A DNA stretch of 64,000 bases, from the IMG/VR virus record IMGVR_UViG_3300046692_000091, positions 250,815 through 314,814 of that record, one strand, 5' to 3'. The notes below the pieces were generated by a model. The model saw only the letters and a list, made by a program, of their open reading frames with translations, searched no databases and had not been told where the DNA came from. This document shows positions 8,621-17,944 of the stretch, piece by piece. A program made the translations under genes and the position numbers. Every line of letters begins with the position of its first letter. Position 1 is the first letter of the stretch.

Positions 8621-10522
8621 ATGTCGGTAAATTCTAGCAAAACTGCAGCTCTGAACGTTCAGCCAACCATGGCTCCTGCTGCACCAGTAGTAACTCCACA
8701 ATCCCAACCTGCTCAGGTAACACAAACAATGCAACCAGCTCTCCCAGTTTCCAATGGTATCGGTGGTCTCAACCGTACCTTCAGCCGTTCCGGTCGTGCC
8801 GATGGCAATGATGCCCGCACCACCAAGGCTTTCGTAGCATTCAGCGAAGCACAGAAAGAAGCAATCGAACAGCAAGACCTGTCGGATACCTTCCACCTGT
8901 TCCGCTTCGACCGCACTGCTCACCAAGTAGCAATGGCGTCGATCCTGGTTCTGAAACTGGTTGATAACCGCGGTAAGCCAGCAATCCTGGTTAAAGCTCT
9001 GCCGATCGTCGATGCTTCCGCAATCGTCAAGCCGAAGACTTTCCAGATCGCTAACGGTTTCAGCACTTTCGACAAGTTCGAATCCAAGCCTGATTCCGGT
9101 GACATCTTCACTCCGCTGTACTGGGGTCGGATCGTTGCTCACGTTCGTCAAGTAACTGGTCACCCAGATGCTACCGTTTACAACGCTGGTCCACAGGACA
9201 TCCACGCTGAGTTCGACTTCGAAGACAAGATTGCCGTGCGCAACCTGTTGATCAAAGCAGTTAACTCGGTTGAAGACACCATGGCTCGCCTGAGTGATGA
9301 GCGTCCGTTCTCCCTGGCTACCGACATGCAATCCGCTGACGAAATCCTGGCGGCTACCATCGACTATACCGGTACTCCGGTTGAATCGAACACCGGTATC
9401 CCACAGCGTGCGGACATGGTCGTAAGCCTGCAGCGCCGTAAGAAGCACAGCAACCAACAGGTTCAGGAAAACGAGTACTACGATGCTGACTCTCAGCTGA
9501 ACTCGGTTTCGATGTTCGTCGATCTGGAATACTCGCCTCAGCAAGTACAACAAGTCTTCGGCATGCCAGCTGGTCCACTGCCACCTCCGTTCATGCCAGC
9601 TCTGGTAATCACGGCTGTTAAGCAAGCGAACTGGATCATGGCTAACACCCCAGAAATGTACTTCTTCGCTCTGGGTAACGCATACCGTGCAACCAACGGT
9701 CAAGGCTGGGCTAAACAGTTCCTGCCAACCATCGGTCGTATCAAAGATCCACGTGACATCGGTGCTGTTGGTTACCTGACTGCAAATGGTCTGAAAGTTG
9801 AGACCAAGTCCGAAACCTTCACCGAGCAAGACTTCGCTGGTCTGATGTTCTCCCAAGTTCAGCAGAACCCAGTCATCATGATCGACCTGAACCGCATGGG
9901 TGATAACTCGTTCATCGAAACCATGATCATCGATTCGATGGGTGGTCCAAACGAGCAAGCTGCTAAAGCTGGCCTGGTACGTATCTTCTGCAACCTGTAC
10001 GGTCGTGAGAACTTCACCTCGCTGTTCGATGTGAACAACGAATGGCTGTTCCGTCCATACGGCACCGACTTCCACCTGGGTTACTACCCAGATGAGAATG
10101 GCGAGCGTCGTGACCGTCGTGATCTGGATACCCTGTACGCACTGAACGCATGTGATGGTGTTGTTGCAGAGTTCATGGATTGGTACGCAGCTAAGTGCAA
10201 CCCTAACGTCCACGCTGAAGTTCGTCTGAAGAAGTCGGAACAGTACGACAAGCAATACCTGGGTAACGTAACTTACGCTGGCCGTGTTACTCGTGCCATC
10301 GTCAACCCGAAACTGATCGCTGCTATGGATGCTGCACAAGCGAAAGCTGGTATCGCAGTCACCATGGACAACATCGGTTCCGTGTTCGGTGGTCAGCGCT
10401 TCCAGGGTAACGTTGGTCTGGTTGGCATGAACGTTCAAGGCATTGCCTCGGTCGCTTCCTACATCCAGAACCAAAACGTCTACGCTCCGGCAGTAGGTGG
10501 CATGACTGGTCTGATGTACTAA
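8621..10522 (+). CDS. chmA: Chimallin, phage nuclear shell protein
   Basis: 633 aa; segments GGLNRTFSRSG...DAR, QQDL.D.F..FRFDR, ENEYY, ANTPEMYFFAL.NA.R, RDRRDLD and TMDN..VFGGQRF.GN match 201phi2-1 gp105 / PhiPA3 gp53 as I recall them; immediately precedes the nvRNAP beta' gene. Confidence 0.95.
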   Translation: MSVNSSKTAALNVQPTMAPAAPVVTPQSQPAQVTQTMQPALPVSNGIGGLNRTFSRSGRADGNDARTTKAFVAFSEAQKEAIEQQDLSDTFHLFRFDRTAHQVAMASILVLKLVDNRGKPAILVKALPIVDASAIVKPKTFQIANGFSTFDKFESKPDSGDIFTPLYWGRIVAHVRQVTGHPDATVYNAGPQDIHAEFDFEDKIAVRNLLIKAVNSVEDTMARLSDERPFSLATDMQSADEILAATIDYTGTPVESNTGIPQRADMVVSLQRRKKHSNQQVQENEYYDADSQLNSVSMFVDLEYSPQQVQQVFGMPAGPLPPPFMPALVITAVKQANWIMANTPEMYFFALGNAYRATNGQGWAKQFLPTIGRIKDPRDIGAVGYLTANGLKVETKSETFTEQDFAGLMFSQVQQNPVIMIDLNRMGDNSFIETMIIDSMGGPNEQAAKAGLVRIFCNLYGRENFTSLFDVNNEWLFRPYGTDFHLGYYPDENGERRDRRDLDTLYALNACDGVVAEFMDWYAAKCNPNVHAEVRLKKSEQYDKQYLGNVTYAGRVTRAIVNPKLIAAMDAAQAKAGIAVTMDNIGSVFGGQRFQGNVGLVGMNVQGIASVASYIQNQNVYAPAVGGMTGLMY

Positions 10523-10645
10523 GACCTGATTAACCAGTTGGTAAATTGGTGTATTGCCGAAGCGTCACGATAAAGAGCGGAGGGAAGTTTCGTGAACGAC
10601 AATACATCAGTCCAGGCTCCGTTGGTGGACTGGTTGATAAGTTAG
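10519..10645 (+). ncRNA. Candidate structured RNA (long rod / three-way junction) in the chmA 3' region
   Basis: 11-bp basal stem, 12-bp inner stem and 6-bp apical stem with G-U pairs favouring the + strand; ends just before a terminator. Confidence 0.45.
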
Positions 10646-10652
10646 ATAGGAA

Positions 10653-10689
10653 TGGCTCCCTTCGGGGAGCCACTCTTATTTCTTTTTTG
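10653..10689 (+). terminator. Intrinsic terminator after chmA
   Basis: TGGCTCCC-TTCG-GGGAGCCA followed by CTCTTATTTCTTTTTTG. Confidence 0.8.
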
Positions 10690-10711
10690 TTAGTTTGTAT
10701 CGAGGTATGAA

Positions 10712-12232
10712 TTGGGTCTACATGCTGAAATTGTCGATCACGATCAACTATTAGCGAGTCAACGAGGAATCGTAAAGTTCGCTAACGATTACAATGCATC
10801 CAATACTGAGTCGAAAGAAGAGTTCCAACGAGCTCTATATTCTCACTTCGATAACGTAGATGCCATTGAAGTATCGGCTAGTTGTGAATGTGGTCATATG
10901 GACGAGGCTTATGACCTCGGCGTTGTGTGCAGTAACTGTAGTACACCTGTAGTATCCACAGCAAGCCAACCGATTGTGCCATCCATGTGGATGCGTGCAC
11001 CAGAAGGCGTTCGATCGATGATCTCTCCGGAGTTATTGATCATGTTGCTGGGACACATGCAGGGCAAGGAGTTCAACTTCCTAGCGTACTTCATGGATAC
11101 GACGTATCAATTTGATGCTAATACCATTTCCTCTCGCGAAACAGATCGCAAGGTAAAGCGACTGCTGCAACAAAACATTCCACGGGGCTTGAACTATTTC
11201 ATCGACAACTTCGATGCGATCATTAAGTTCTGTATGGACTGCGGTATCATTGGTACTGGCAAACATGAGTTCTATGAATTCTTGGTGCAGAATAAGCATG
11301 CCTTGTTCCCAACAGCTATTCCGATTCCAACCAAACTCTGCTTCGTCGTAGAATCCACAACATCGGGTTCCTATATCGACAAGCCTATCGGTCCTGCGAT
11401 CGATGCTGCTCTCACAATGGGTGGTATCCAACATAGCCCGATTCCACTGAAACCAATCACAGTACAGAACCGTACTGCGAAAGCATTGTTACTCATGGCG
11501 ATGTTCCATGAGAACTATAACAAGCAGCGTATCGCACAGAAGCCTGGTCTGGTTCGTCGACACGTATTGGGTGGCCGTCTCAACTTCACCGCTCGGGCAG
11601 TAATTACATCGATCAGTGCACCGCACCGTTATGATGAACTTCACATCCCATGGGGCGTTGCATGTCAGCTGTTTAAATATCACATCTTGAACAAGCTCAA
11701 GCGTCAAGGCATGACTACAATGGAAGCCCTGGGTTTCCTGTATTCGAATGTGTTGCAGTATAACGATCGGTTGAATAGTGTCTTCCTGGAACTCATCGCA
11801 GAAGCGAAAGAGATTGGTCCAGCATCCACCTTCCACCGAAATCCAACTCTGCAGCGTGGTTCTACTCAGCAGTTCTTCATCACGAAAATCAAGACAGACT
11901 TGACCGATAACTCGATCTCGATGTCCGTGCTGTGTTTGAAAGCACCTAACGCCGACTTCGATGGCGATCAGCTCAACCTGACCCTGATGCCAGATAACTA
12001 TCTGACTGATGCTACGGAACGAATCGCTCCACACACGTGGGTATTATCGATTGATGATCCACACGAAATCTCTGGTAACCTGGAACTTCAAGGGCCAGTG
12101 GTAGAAACGATCGTGAACTATGCTCACGAAGATTATCTGGGTGCTCCTCCTGAAGCATACCGTCACTTGCTGGATGAGGAGTGGACTGAGTTCGTTCCAT
12201 TCAAGCAGGCCAAGTATGAATTCACTGGATAG
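10712..12232 (+). CDS. Non-virion RNA polymerase beta' subunit, N-terminal part with catalytic loop (phiKZ gp55-like)
   Basis: Catalytic NADFDGD, Zn-binding CECG...CSNC, RNPTLQRGS; TTG start with GAGG SD; uninterrupted. Confidence 0.95.
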   Translation: MGLHAEIVDHDQLLASQRGIVKFANDYNASNTESKEEFQRALYSHFDNVDAIEVSASCECGHMDEAYDLGVVCSNCSTPVVSTASQPIVPSMWMRAPEGVRSMISPELLIMLLGHMQGKEFNFLAYFMDTTYQFDANTISSRETDRKVKRLLQQNIPRGLNYFIDNFDAIIKFCMDCGIIGTGKHEFYEFLVQNKHALFPTAIPIPTKLCFVVESTTSGSYIDKPIGPAIDAALTMGGIQHSPIPLKPITVQNRTAKALLLMAMFHENYNKQRIAQKPGLVRRHVLGGRLNFTARAVITSISAPHRYDELHIPWGVACQLFKYHILNKLKRQGMTTMEALGFLYSNVLQYNDRLNSVFLELIAEAKEIGPASTFHRNPTLQRGSTQQFFITKIKTDLTDNSISMSVLCLKAPNADFDGDQLNLTLMPDNYLTDATERIAPHTWVLSIDDPHEISGNLELQGPVVETIVNYAHEDYLGAPPEAYRHLLDEEWTEFVPFKQAKYEFTG

Positions 12233-12452
12233 GCTTAACAAATATGAACCCTACACAACAGGGTACGTGGTATTAGGGGACCGATGGAGTAGATGGTGGG
12301 TACCTGCAATTATCCTTGGTCGTGTAAACGGTCATCGGAGAGTTGTGGATTACGACGGTAACCATTGGTTCATTGATGTCGAAGAGCAATTCAGTCTGAC
12401 CCAACCATGGCGTGGTAAGCGAACCAACTTATACTCCGTGAGCAAAATCTAA
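12216..12452 (+). CDS. Small hypothetical protein
   Basis: 78 aa from ATG 12216 overlapping the RNAP stop; fills the gap to the next gene. Confidence 0.55.
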   Translation: MNSLDRLNKYEPYTTGYVVLGDRWSRWWVPAIILGRVNGHRRVVDYDGNHWFIDVEEQFSLTQPWRGKRTNLYSVSKI

Positions 12453-12466
12453 AGAGGAACAGGCTT

Positions 12467-13075
12467 ATGATGCAGGCACATGGTGTCGACCTTTTGGACA
12501 TCTGTGCAGGTGGCCATTTGGATATGAATACCCAGTCTTGGCTGGGTGACAGATCTGATGCACTACGTGCAACAATCTCTACAACAGCTACAAACTTCTT
12601 TAACCAAGCAGCAACCCTGTACACCATGATCTCCACGAGCGATGCTGTACAAGCTCTGCGTAACCTCACGGTTAAGACAGAGAATGCATGGCAGTCTAAC
12701 GTAGTGACGTATCTGCAGACAATCGAGCAAGTGCAGTGCGCACCGCTAGTGATGCAGCGATACATCATGGCTCAACCAGATATTCGTCAGATGTATCTGA
12801 ATGGCGAAGTGTCTGGTTATGGCGAAAGCTATGAGAACCTGCATGGTGATGGAATTGCAGCGAAGCATTATGATTGGCGTCAAGTCATGAGTGGCATTGC
12901 TGTAGTAGAAGACGACAGTTGGCAGCATACCACGTATGTAGAAGATACTCGTGACGACACAGAACTGACTGTGTTCGAGAAGGTGGACATTCTCCGTACC
13001 TGGAACGTAGTGCAATCTGCGTTGAGTGCAGCTGAACAAGATCCAACTTCACCTGAAGGGTTGATGCTGGGTTAA
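12467..13075 (+). CDS. Conserved phiKZ-like protein (possibly gp59/Imp3 position)
   Basis: 202 aa, GAGG SD; the ortholog assignment rests on synteny only. Confidence 0.7.
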   Translation: MMQAHGVDLLDICAGGHLDMNTQSWLGDRSDALRATISTTATNFFNQAATLYTMISTSDAVQALRNLTVKTENAWQSNVVTYLQTIEQVQCAPLVMQRYIMAQPDIRQMYLNGEVSGYGESYENLHGDGIAAKHYDWRQVMSGIAVVEDDSWQHTTYVEDTRDDTELTVFEKVDILRTWNVVQSALSAAEQDPTSPEGLMLG

Positions 13076-13086
13076 ACAACATAATC

Positions 13087-13110
13087 GCCTATCCTTCGGG
13101 ATAGGCTTTT
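13087..13110 (+). terminator. Intrinsic terminator
   Basis: GCCTATCC-TTCG-GGATAGGC followed by TTTT. Confidence 0.75.
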
Positions 13111-13121
13111 GAGGGCTTCAT

Positions 13122-13403
13122 GTGGAACTGAAATATTCGAATCGGTTAGAACTGTTCGTGCATCAAACAGATGGTCGTCCAGTTAGTTTGGATCTGAGTA
13201 AGCTGGACCAACCAGGAAAAGCAAGTCTGCGGGATAGTGTTCGCACTTACCGTGTAGATGGATTGGAGCTGATCTGCGAACGCACTCGTGATGGCAATTG
13301 GCAACTCAGTGAAGCTATTAATAGCAAAGGCTTCATCTCTGATGTCCTTGTGGTTGCAGAAGACATGAAACTCCATGCGGCTATCCGAGGTACAGATGTT
13401 TAA
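13122..13403 (+). CDS. Hypothetical protein
   Basis: 93 aa, GTG start with GAGG upstream; overlaps the next start. Confidence 0.6.
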   Translation: MELKYSNRLELFVHQTDGRPVSLDLSKLDQPGKASLRDSVRTYRVDGLELICERTRDGNWQLSEAINSKGFISDVLVVAEDMKLHAAIRGTDV

Positions 13404-13791
13404 TCCAATTCGTCACCCGTACCAAATCGGTGTAGAAGACGGCGGTGGTTCCATTCACTGCAATCGCATGTATTCGCCCCCAGAGAAACTGGTACAGCTC
13501 CGTTATCATGAAACCTTCCAACACTGGGTACATGGCCCAGAAGGTCGCATTGTTCTCGCATTCATGGGCGATGCACCAGAACCAGTTTGCGCAATCAATG
13601 AAGTGATCACTATTAAAATACGTGATTACGTTATTGAATGTAAGAAGACTGCCCCTGCACAGTTCATGATTCTAAAGATCAAAGCTAGCAATGGTGCACT
13701 TTTCAATACGTTGCAATTGCATCACACTGACCCACTCGTTAAAATGATTCGCGCCTTCGTGACGGTACCTGTCACTGACATGTATAAATGA
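13396..13791 (+). CDS. Hypothetical protein
   Basis: ATG 13396 with GAGG SD; 131 aa. Confidence 0.6.
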   Translation: MFNPIRHPYQIGVEDGGGSIHCNRMYSPPEKLVQLRYHETFQHWVHGPEGRIVLAFMGDAPEPVCAINEVITIKIRDYVIECKKTAPAQFMILKIKASNGALFNTLQLHHTDPLVKMIRAFVTVPVTDMYK

Positions 13792-14285
13792 TCATTGAGA
13801 TCGACACGCATGGGCGTGAAACATATGTGATGCACAAAAACCCCGGTGCACTCTCAATCAAATTCGCTGATCAACAGGAAAGAAGAATGACTACTCCAAC
13901 CGCAGAACAAACCGTACCAACACCTGCCGCTAAACGGGGCCCTCGTTCTTTCGAAGGAGAAGTGTTCACTCTGGTCTACAATCCAGAAACCAGTCATTAC
14001 GACCTGGCGTTTGAAGGTAAGCAATTCCCGATTCGTTTCCAAGCTCCTGAGGCATTCGGTGCTTTGATCAACCCACTGGCCGCTGGCATGAAGCACAAGT
14101 CGGGCCGCCATACCTTCAAGCTGGAATTCGAAGAAGATCGTCTGTCGTTGATCACCAATGATGATAACGTAGATGCCGATACTGCGTTGACTCGTTCGGT
14201 AACAGTTCGATTCGATTCGCCAATCAAAGAGTGGATTCGTGTAATCCTGGAACTGCCTGTTGAAAAGGCACTGCGCGCCAAGTAA
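13788..14285 (+). CDS. Hypothetical protein
   Basis: ATGA overlap with the previous gene; alternative start ATG 13887; followed by a terminator. Confidence 0.7.
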   Translation: MIIEIDTHGRETYVMHKNPGALSIKFADQQERRMTTPTAEQTVPTPAAKRGPRSFEGEVFTLVYNPETSHYDLAFEGKQFPIRFQAPEAFGALINPLAAGMKHKSGRHTFKLEFEEDRLSLITNDDNVDADTALTRSVTVRFDSPIKEWIRVILELPVEKALRAK

Positions 14286-14291
14286 TACATC

Positions 14292-14324
14292 GGGGACTTC
14301 GGTCCCCAACCCTTGTTTTTTCTT
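14292..14324 (+). terminator. Intrinsic terminator
   Basis: GGGGAC-TTCG-GTCCCC followed by a T-rich run; the identical 16-mer recurs at 36327-36342. Confidence 0.7.
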
Positions 14325-14365
14325 TCGGCTTACTCTATGACTCAATAAGAGAATAGGGTAATACC

Positions 14366-14773
14366 ATGGCCGAAAAATATATCCCCACGATGAGTATCAA
14401 AGGTTGGATTGATCACCCTGAAGATAAAGCTGACTATGTCATCTCTTGCTTCATGGAATCGAACTATTCGATGTCTGTACTCCATCGTGACCAAAACATT
14501 TCATTACAATATCTGTTGAAGGTCTATGCTAACCGGATGTTAGATCTGGAAACTAGATTGCAAGATGAACTTGATGCCAAACTGAAAGCATCGTTTAATG
14601 AGCAGTCTAATGCAAACGTAACGGTTGTGGAAGATCCAGAGAATCCTAACCAATACACGATCAACTTTACAGGTTATGTAGTGACCGCTGAGAAAACGTT
14701 CACTGTGGGTTGGATGGTACAATTCCAAGACTCACGTGTACTCAAAATTGCCAAACTGAATAACGGTGTTTAA
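14366..14773 (+). CDS. Conserved protein, possibly T4 gp25-like baseplate/sheath initiator (phiKZ gp62 position)
   Basis: 135 aa, helix-helix then beta-strand pattern; TATG late motif at 14336-14339; function inferred. Confidence 0.55.
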   Translation: MAEKYIPTMSIKGWIDHPEDKADYVISCFMESNYSMSVLHRDQNISLQYLLKVYANRMLDLETRLQDELDAKLKASFNEQSNANVTVVEDPENPNQYTINFTGYVVTAEKTFTVGWMVQFQDSRVLKIAKLNNGV

Positions 14774-15289
14774 ATGACTGATGCAGCTGTAGAACCAACC
14801 AGCCTGGAACAAGAAGAATCGCAAAACATGCGTATCCGTAATCTAGAGAAACGTATCCACCTGCTGGAAGAACGTCTCCTAGTAACCGATTCTGCACTGG
14901 AACGCGTTATCTCCCTGGTGCGTGAGAATGCCCAAGCCCAAGCGCGTAAGATGCTGGAAACTCTGTCCGGCGTATTCCATGGTCTGTCTGATCAACTGTC
15001 CGCTATCTCCGCTATCCCAACTGTTGAACAATACGGTGTGCAGCGTGTAGATGAAGGTACTCCGGGTAGTGTAATCGTTTCCCGTAAAGGGGATGTCTAC
15101 ACCTTCGCTAATAGCGACGCTCCAGAAGTCCTGATCAACCAAGGTACTGAAATCCTGGTAGATGTATTCAATCGCAAACAATGTCTCGCTGATGGGGATA
15201 CCGCTTGGTTTACCCTGTTCCTAGATAGCAAGGTGCCAAATGACGGAATTCCCGCAACCCCAGAAAGTGCAGACGAAGTCAGCGCGTGA
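14774..15289 (+). CDS. Hypothetical protein with N-terminal coiled coil
   Basis: 171 aa, abuts the previous stop. Confidence 0.7.
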   Translation: MTDAAVEPTSLEQEESQNMRIRNLEKRIHLLEERLLVTDSALERVISLVRENAQAQARKMLETLSGVFHGLSDQLSAISAIPTVEQYGVQRVDEGTPGSVIVSRKGDVYTFANSDAPEVLINQGTEILVDVFNRKQCLADGDTAWFTLFLDSKVPNDGIPATPESADEVSA

Positions 15290-15887
15290 TGAACGCATTG
15301 CACGGGAACTAGGGGAGCGTCCGAAAGAATACGCTTCTAAGATCCTGGACTTCGTGGATGAGCATCTACCGACTATTAATGAATCGGCATTTATTAAGCA
15401 AGTAGTTCCATTGCTTGAGAAGATCCTGGTTCCGGCTAACCGCAAGGCGTATCAACGTTTTGTGGTTGACCTGATGATGCCTCTCAAAGTCGTGGATGAC
15501 CATGACAAGACTAAAGTAGTACACGTCGTACCAGCTTTGTCTCGAACACCCCGCACTACGATCCCACAAGCGGATGGTGGCTTATCTGTGGGTGATGTCA
15601 TCCACAACATGAACCGTTACCGGGATCTGCATCGGATAGATCTGATTGATGATACAATGCGAGGTTTCTTGCAGCGTATTACAATCCTACCCGACACCAT
15701 CGACGATATTCTTTTACCTATCCACCGTATCTTACAGGTGTATGGCAGAGAACTCGATGTTACTGCAGATGCCAAAAACCCATTGGGTAAAGATGCACTT
15801 CCTCCGTCAGCGGATGTCAGGGGGGAGCTCGTCTCTACTCTGTCGCCACCATCCAGCTGTTTTACTGACGAAGAAGATGAAGACTGA
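15240..15887 (+). CDS. Conserved hypothetical protein
   Basis: 215 aa, acidic C-terminus, overlaps the nuclease start. Confidence 0.7.
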   Translation: MTEFPQPQKVQTKSARDERIARELGERPKEYASKILDFVDEHLPTINESAFIKQVVPLLEKILVPANRKAYQRFVVDLMMPLKVVDDHDKTKVVHVVPALSRTPRTTIPQADGGLSVGDVIHNMNRYRDLHRIDLIDDTMRGFLQRITILPDTIDDILLPIHRILQVYGRELDVTADAKNPLGKDALPPSADVRGELVSTLSPPSSCFTDEEDED

Positions 15888-17016
15888 TAGAACCAAAATG
15901 CCAGGCGTCTTTCGTTATCTAAGTTTAGGCGATGTCCATCTCGGGCATCGTTCTACTCCAGCTAGTATGATTATCCGTAACTTGGAACTTACCATTACGG
16001 ATGAACTATTAAAAGAAGTAGACATGTTGATCATTACAGGTGACCTGTTCGATCGACAGCTGAACAATGGTGATGAAGTCGTACACCAAATCAACCGTTG
16101 GATTACATTACTGATGCTGCGTTGTGCAGCGTACAAAGTAATGATCCGGATTGTTGAAGGTACACCAAGCCATGACCGTGAGCAATCACGATTCTTCACC
16201 GAACAACGTATCAACGCAAACATCGACGTTGATCTGCACTATACCAAGAATCTGTCCATCGAATACATCGAGAGATTAGATTCATATTTCCTTTATGTTC
16301 CCGATAAGCATAATCCGTCCACTGATGTGACACTGAAAGAAGTGAAGCAACAGATGGCTGAGCTAGGTATTGAGCAAGTTGACTTTGCAATCATGCATGG
16401 TGCTTTCTCTTATCAGCTCCCAGCTATCGTTCCTGAGCCGACTCACAACGAGGAAGAATACCTCAAGTTGGTTAAGCATCAGATCCTAATCGGCCATGTT
16501 CATTTAATGACCATCAACGAAAGGATTTTGGCAGCCGGTAGTTTTGATCGGATCTGTCACAATGACGAAATTGCTAAGGGGATGTTTAAAGTTACCGTTA
16601 AAGAAGACGGGACTTGGGAACGTGTGTTCATTGAAAACAGAGGGGCAAAGAAATACGTCACTCTAGAATGTCATGGCATGGATACCAAACAACTGAACTA
16701 TGCGATTAGAGAATTCATCAAGGATCTGCCAAAAGGATCTTCGGTGCGTTTACGTTGCAATCCGAATGACGTAGCCAATGGCGACATTGATACGTATCGG
16801 CGTGAATATGTTCAGTTGGATTGGCAAATCACAGTCGACAAAATAGAATCGAAAAAGAACTCGGTGGCTGAAACGTTCCAAGCCTTTGATATGGCTCAGT
16901 TCAAAGAAATCACTCGAGATTCTATCAAGGAACTCCTGGTACCCGCGTTGGCTAAGTTTGCTCCTGATGAAGCTGCCATCATGCGATGCCTGCAACGACT
17001 GGACGGCTTAGCCTAG
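15877..17016 (+). CDS. sbcD: SbcD/Mre11-like metallophosphoesterase nuclease (phiKZ gp65-like)
   Basis: GDVHLGH, GDLFD, GTPSHD, HG, GHVH and GSF motifs; ATG 15877 preferred over the track's 15646. Confidence 0.88.
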   Translation: MKTDRTKMPGVFRYLSLGDVHLGHRSTPASMIIRNLELTITDELLKEVDMLIITGDLFDRQLNNGDEVVHQINRWITLLMLRCAAYKVMIRIVEGTPSHDREQSRFFTEQRINANIDVDLHYTKNLSIEYIERLDSYFLYVPDKHNPSTDVTLKEVKQQMAELGIEQVDFAIMHGAFSYQLPAIVPEPTHNEEEYLKLVKHQILIGHVHLMTINERILAAGSFDRICHNDEIAKGMFKVTVKEDGTWERVFIENRGAKKYVTLECHGMDTKQLNYAIREFIKDLPKGSSVRLRCNPNDVANGDIDTYRREYVQLDWQITVDKIESKKNSVAETFQAFDMAQFKEITRDSIKELLVPALAKFAPDEAAIMRCLQRLDGLA

Positions 17017-17025
17017 AGGCATTAA

Positions 17026-17859
17026 ATGGACATCATCGAAAGAGACGTAGGGCAGATACCGGTCAGTATCGGCACCTCTCTTGCATTCGAAGGTTTACTG
17101 GGAATCCACCCGAACCAACCAATACAACCGACTAACGTCAAAACCATTCAGACCATCTGGGTTAACATCCGTACTCTTTCGCGAAATCTGTTTCAGGCTG
17201 TGCCAACAGAGAAAGCGTTAGAGATGGATTATACCAACTCAGTGCAAGTGCTACTGAACGAGACTCAAGTTCTCCCAGTGGCACTTGCACAACAAGGGTA
17301 TACCGGTAAGATCCGTTACTACCTAGCCTCTAAGGATGCAGTCAAATGGGCTTTCCCCAAGGCTAACTTCAAAGAGCTCAAGTCACCTAAACAAATTGCA
17401 TACGACATGTTCGAACGTTTTGTTAGCATTGAACTTTATCAACAGATGAAGGCTGCTAACATGGATGTGATGGAGATTGACCGTAAGCCTAAGTCTGGTG
17501 AAGGTATCGTAGCGATCTTAACGCATTACCCACATGAACTGTTGTGGAAGCCTCAGTTCAGCCGCCTGTTGCTATTGGAATCCCACACAGGGAAACTGAA
17601 GACTTACAACACGTGGTATACGAAGTTAAACGGCATCAGTGAAAACGAATACCCCATGCCATTCACCGAGTTTACACTACAAGTGTTCGGTGATGGCGAA
17701 CTCATAGCTCCGCAACAACCACGTAAGATCCTGACAGAACTCAAACAGCTTTCTAAGGATAAGAAGTGGACAGGTATTACGACTCCAGACAAACTCTATC
17801 ACGATGTCATGAGTTCGTCTAAGGAATTGAAAGACCTGTATAAGCTACTCAGGAAATAA
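17026..17859 (+). CDS. Conserved phiKZ-like protein (gp66 position)
   Basis: 277 aa, GAGG SD, lies between sbcD and chmC. Confidence 0.75.
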   Translation: MDIIERDVGQIPVSIGTSLAFEGLLGIHPNQPIQPTNVKTIQTIWVNIRTLSRNLFQAVPTEKALEMDYTNSVQVLLNETQVLPVALAQQGYTGKIRYYLASKDAVKWAFPKANFKELKSPKQIAYDMFERFVSIELYQQMKAANMDVMEIDRKPKSGEGIVAILTHYPHELLWKPQFSRLLLLESHTGKLKTYNTWYTKLNGISENEYPMPFTEFTLQVFGDGELIAPQQPRKILTELKQLSKDKKWTGITTPDKLYHDVMSSSKELKDLYKLLRK

Positions 17860-17944
17860 TACTGGGTAGCCCAATGTTACGAGACTAAATCTGCATGCGC
17901 ATGCAGCTAACTAAAAAAGCAAACATTCCGATCGGAGAAACACC

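Noticed and set aside
7121-10474. Long antisense ORFs (7121-8368, 8540-10474), and similar ones at 5107-5772, 20567-21769, 22146-23141, 36586-37596 and 61772-62791
   Set aside because: They mirror strongly codon-biased or low-complexity + strand genes in register, lack SDs and motifs, and are expected shadows of biased codon usage.
10572-10590. SRP (4.5S) RNA identity for the chmA 3' rod (C-GGAG-GGAAG resembles helix 8)
   Set aside because: Tetraloop-closing pairs and the conserved CAGG/GCAG symmetric loop are missing.
10707-10754. Out-of-frame 15-aa uORF overlapping the TTG start of the nvRNAP beta' gene
   Set aside because: Its ATG is only 1 nt from the GAGG SD, too close for initiation; the SD is correctly spaced for the TTG.
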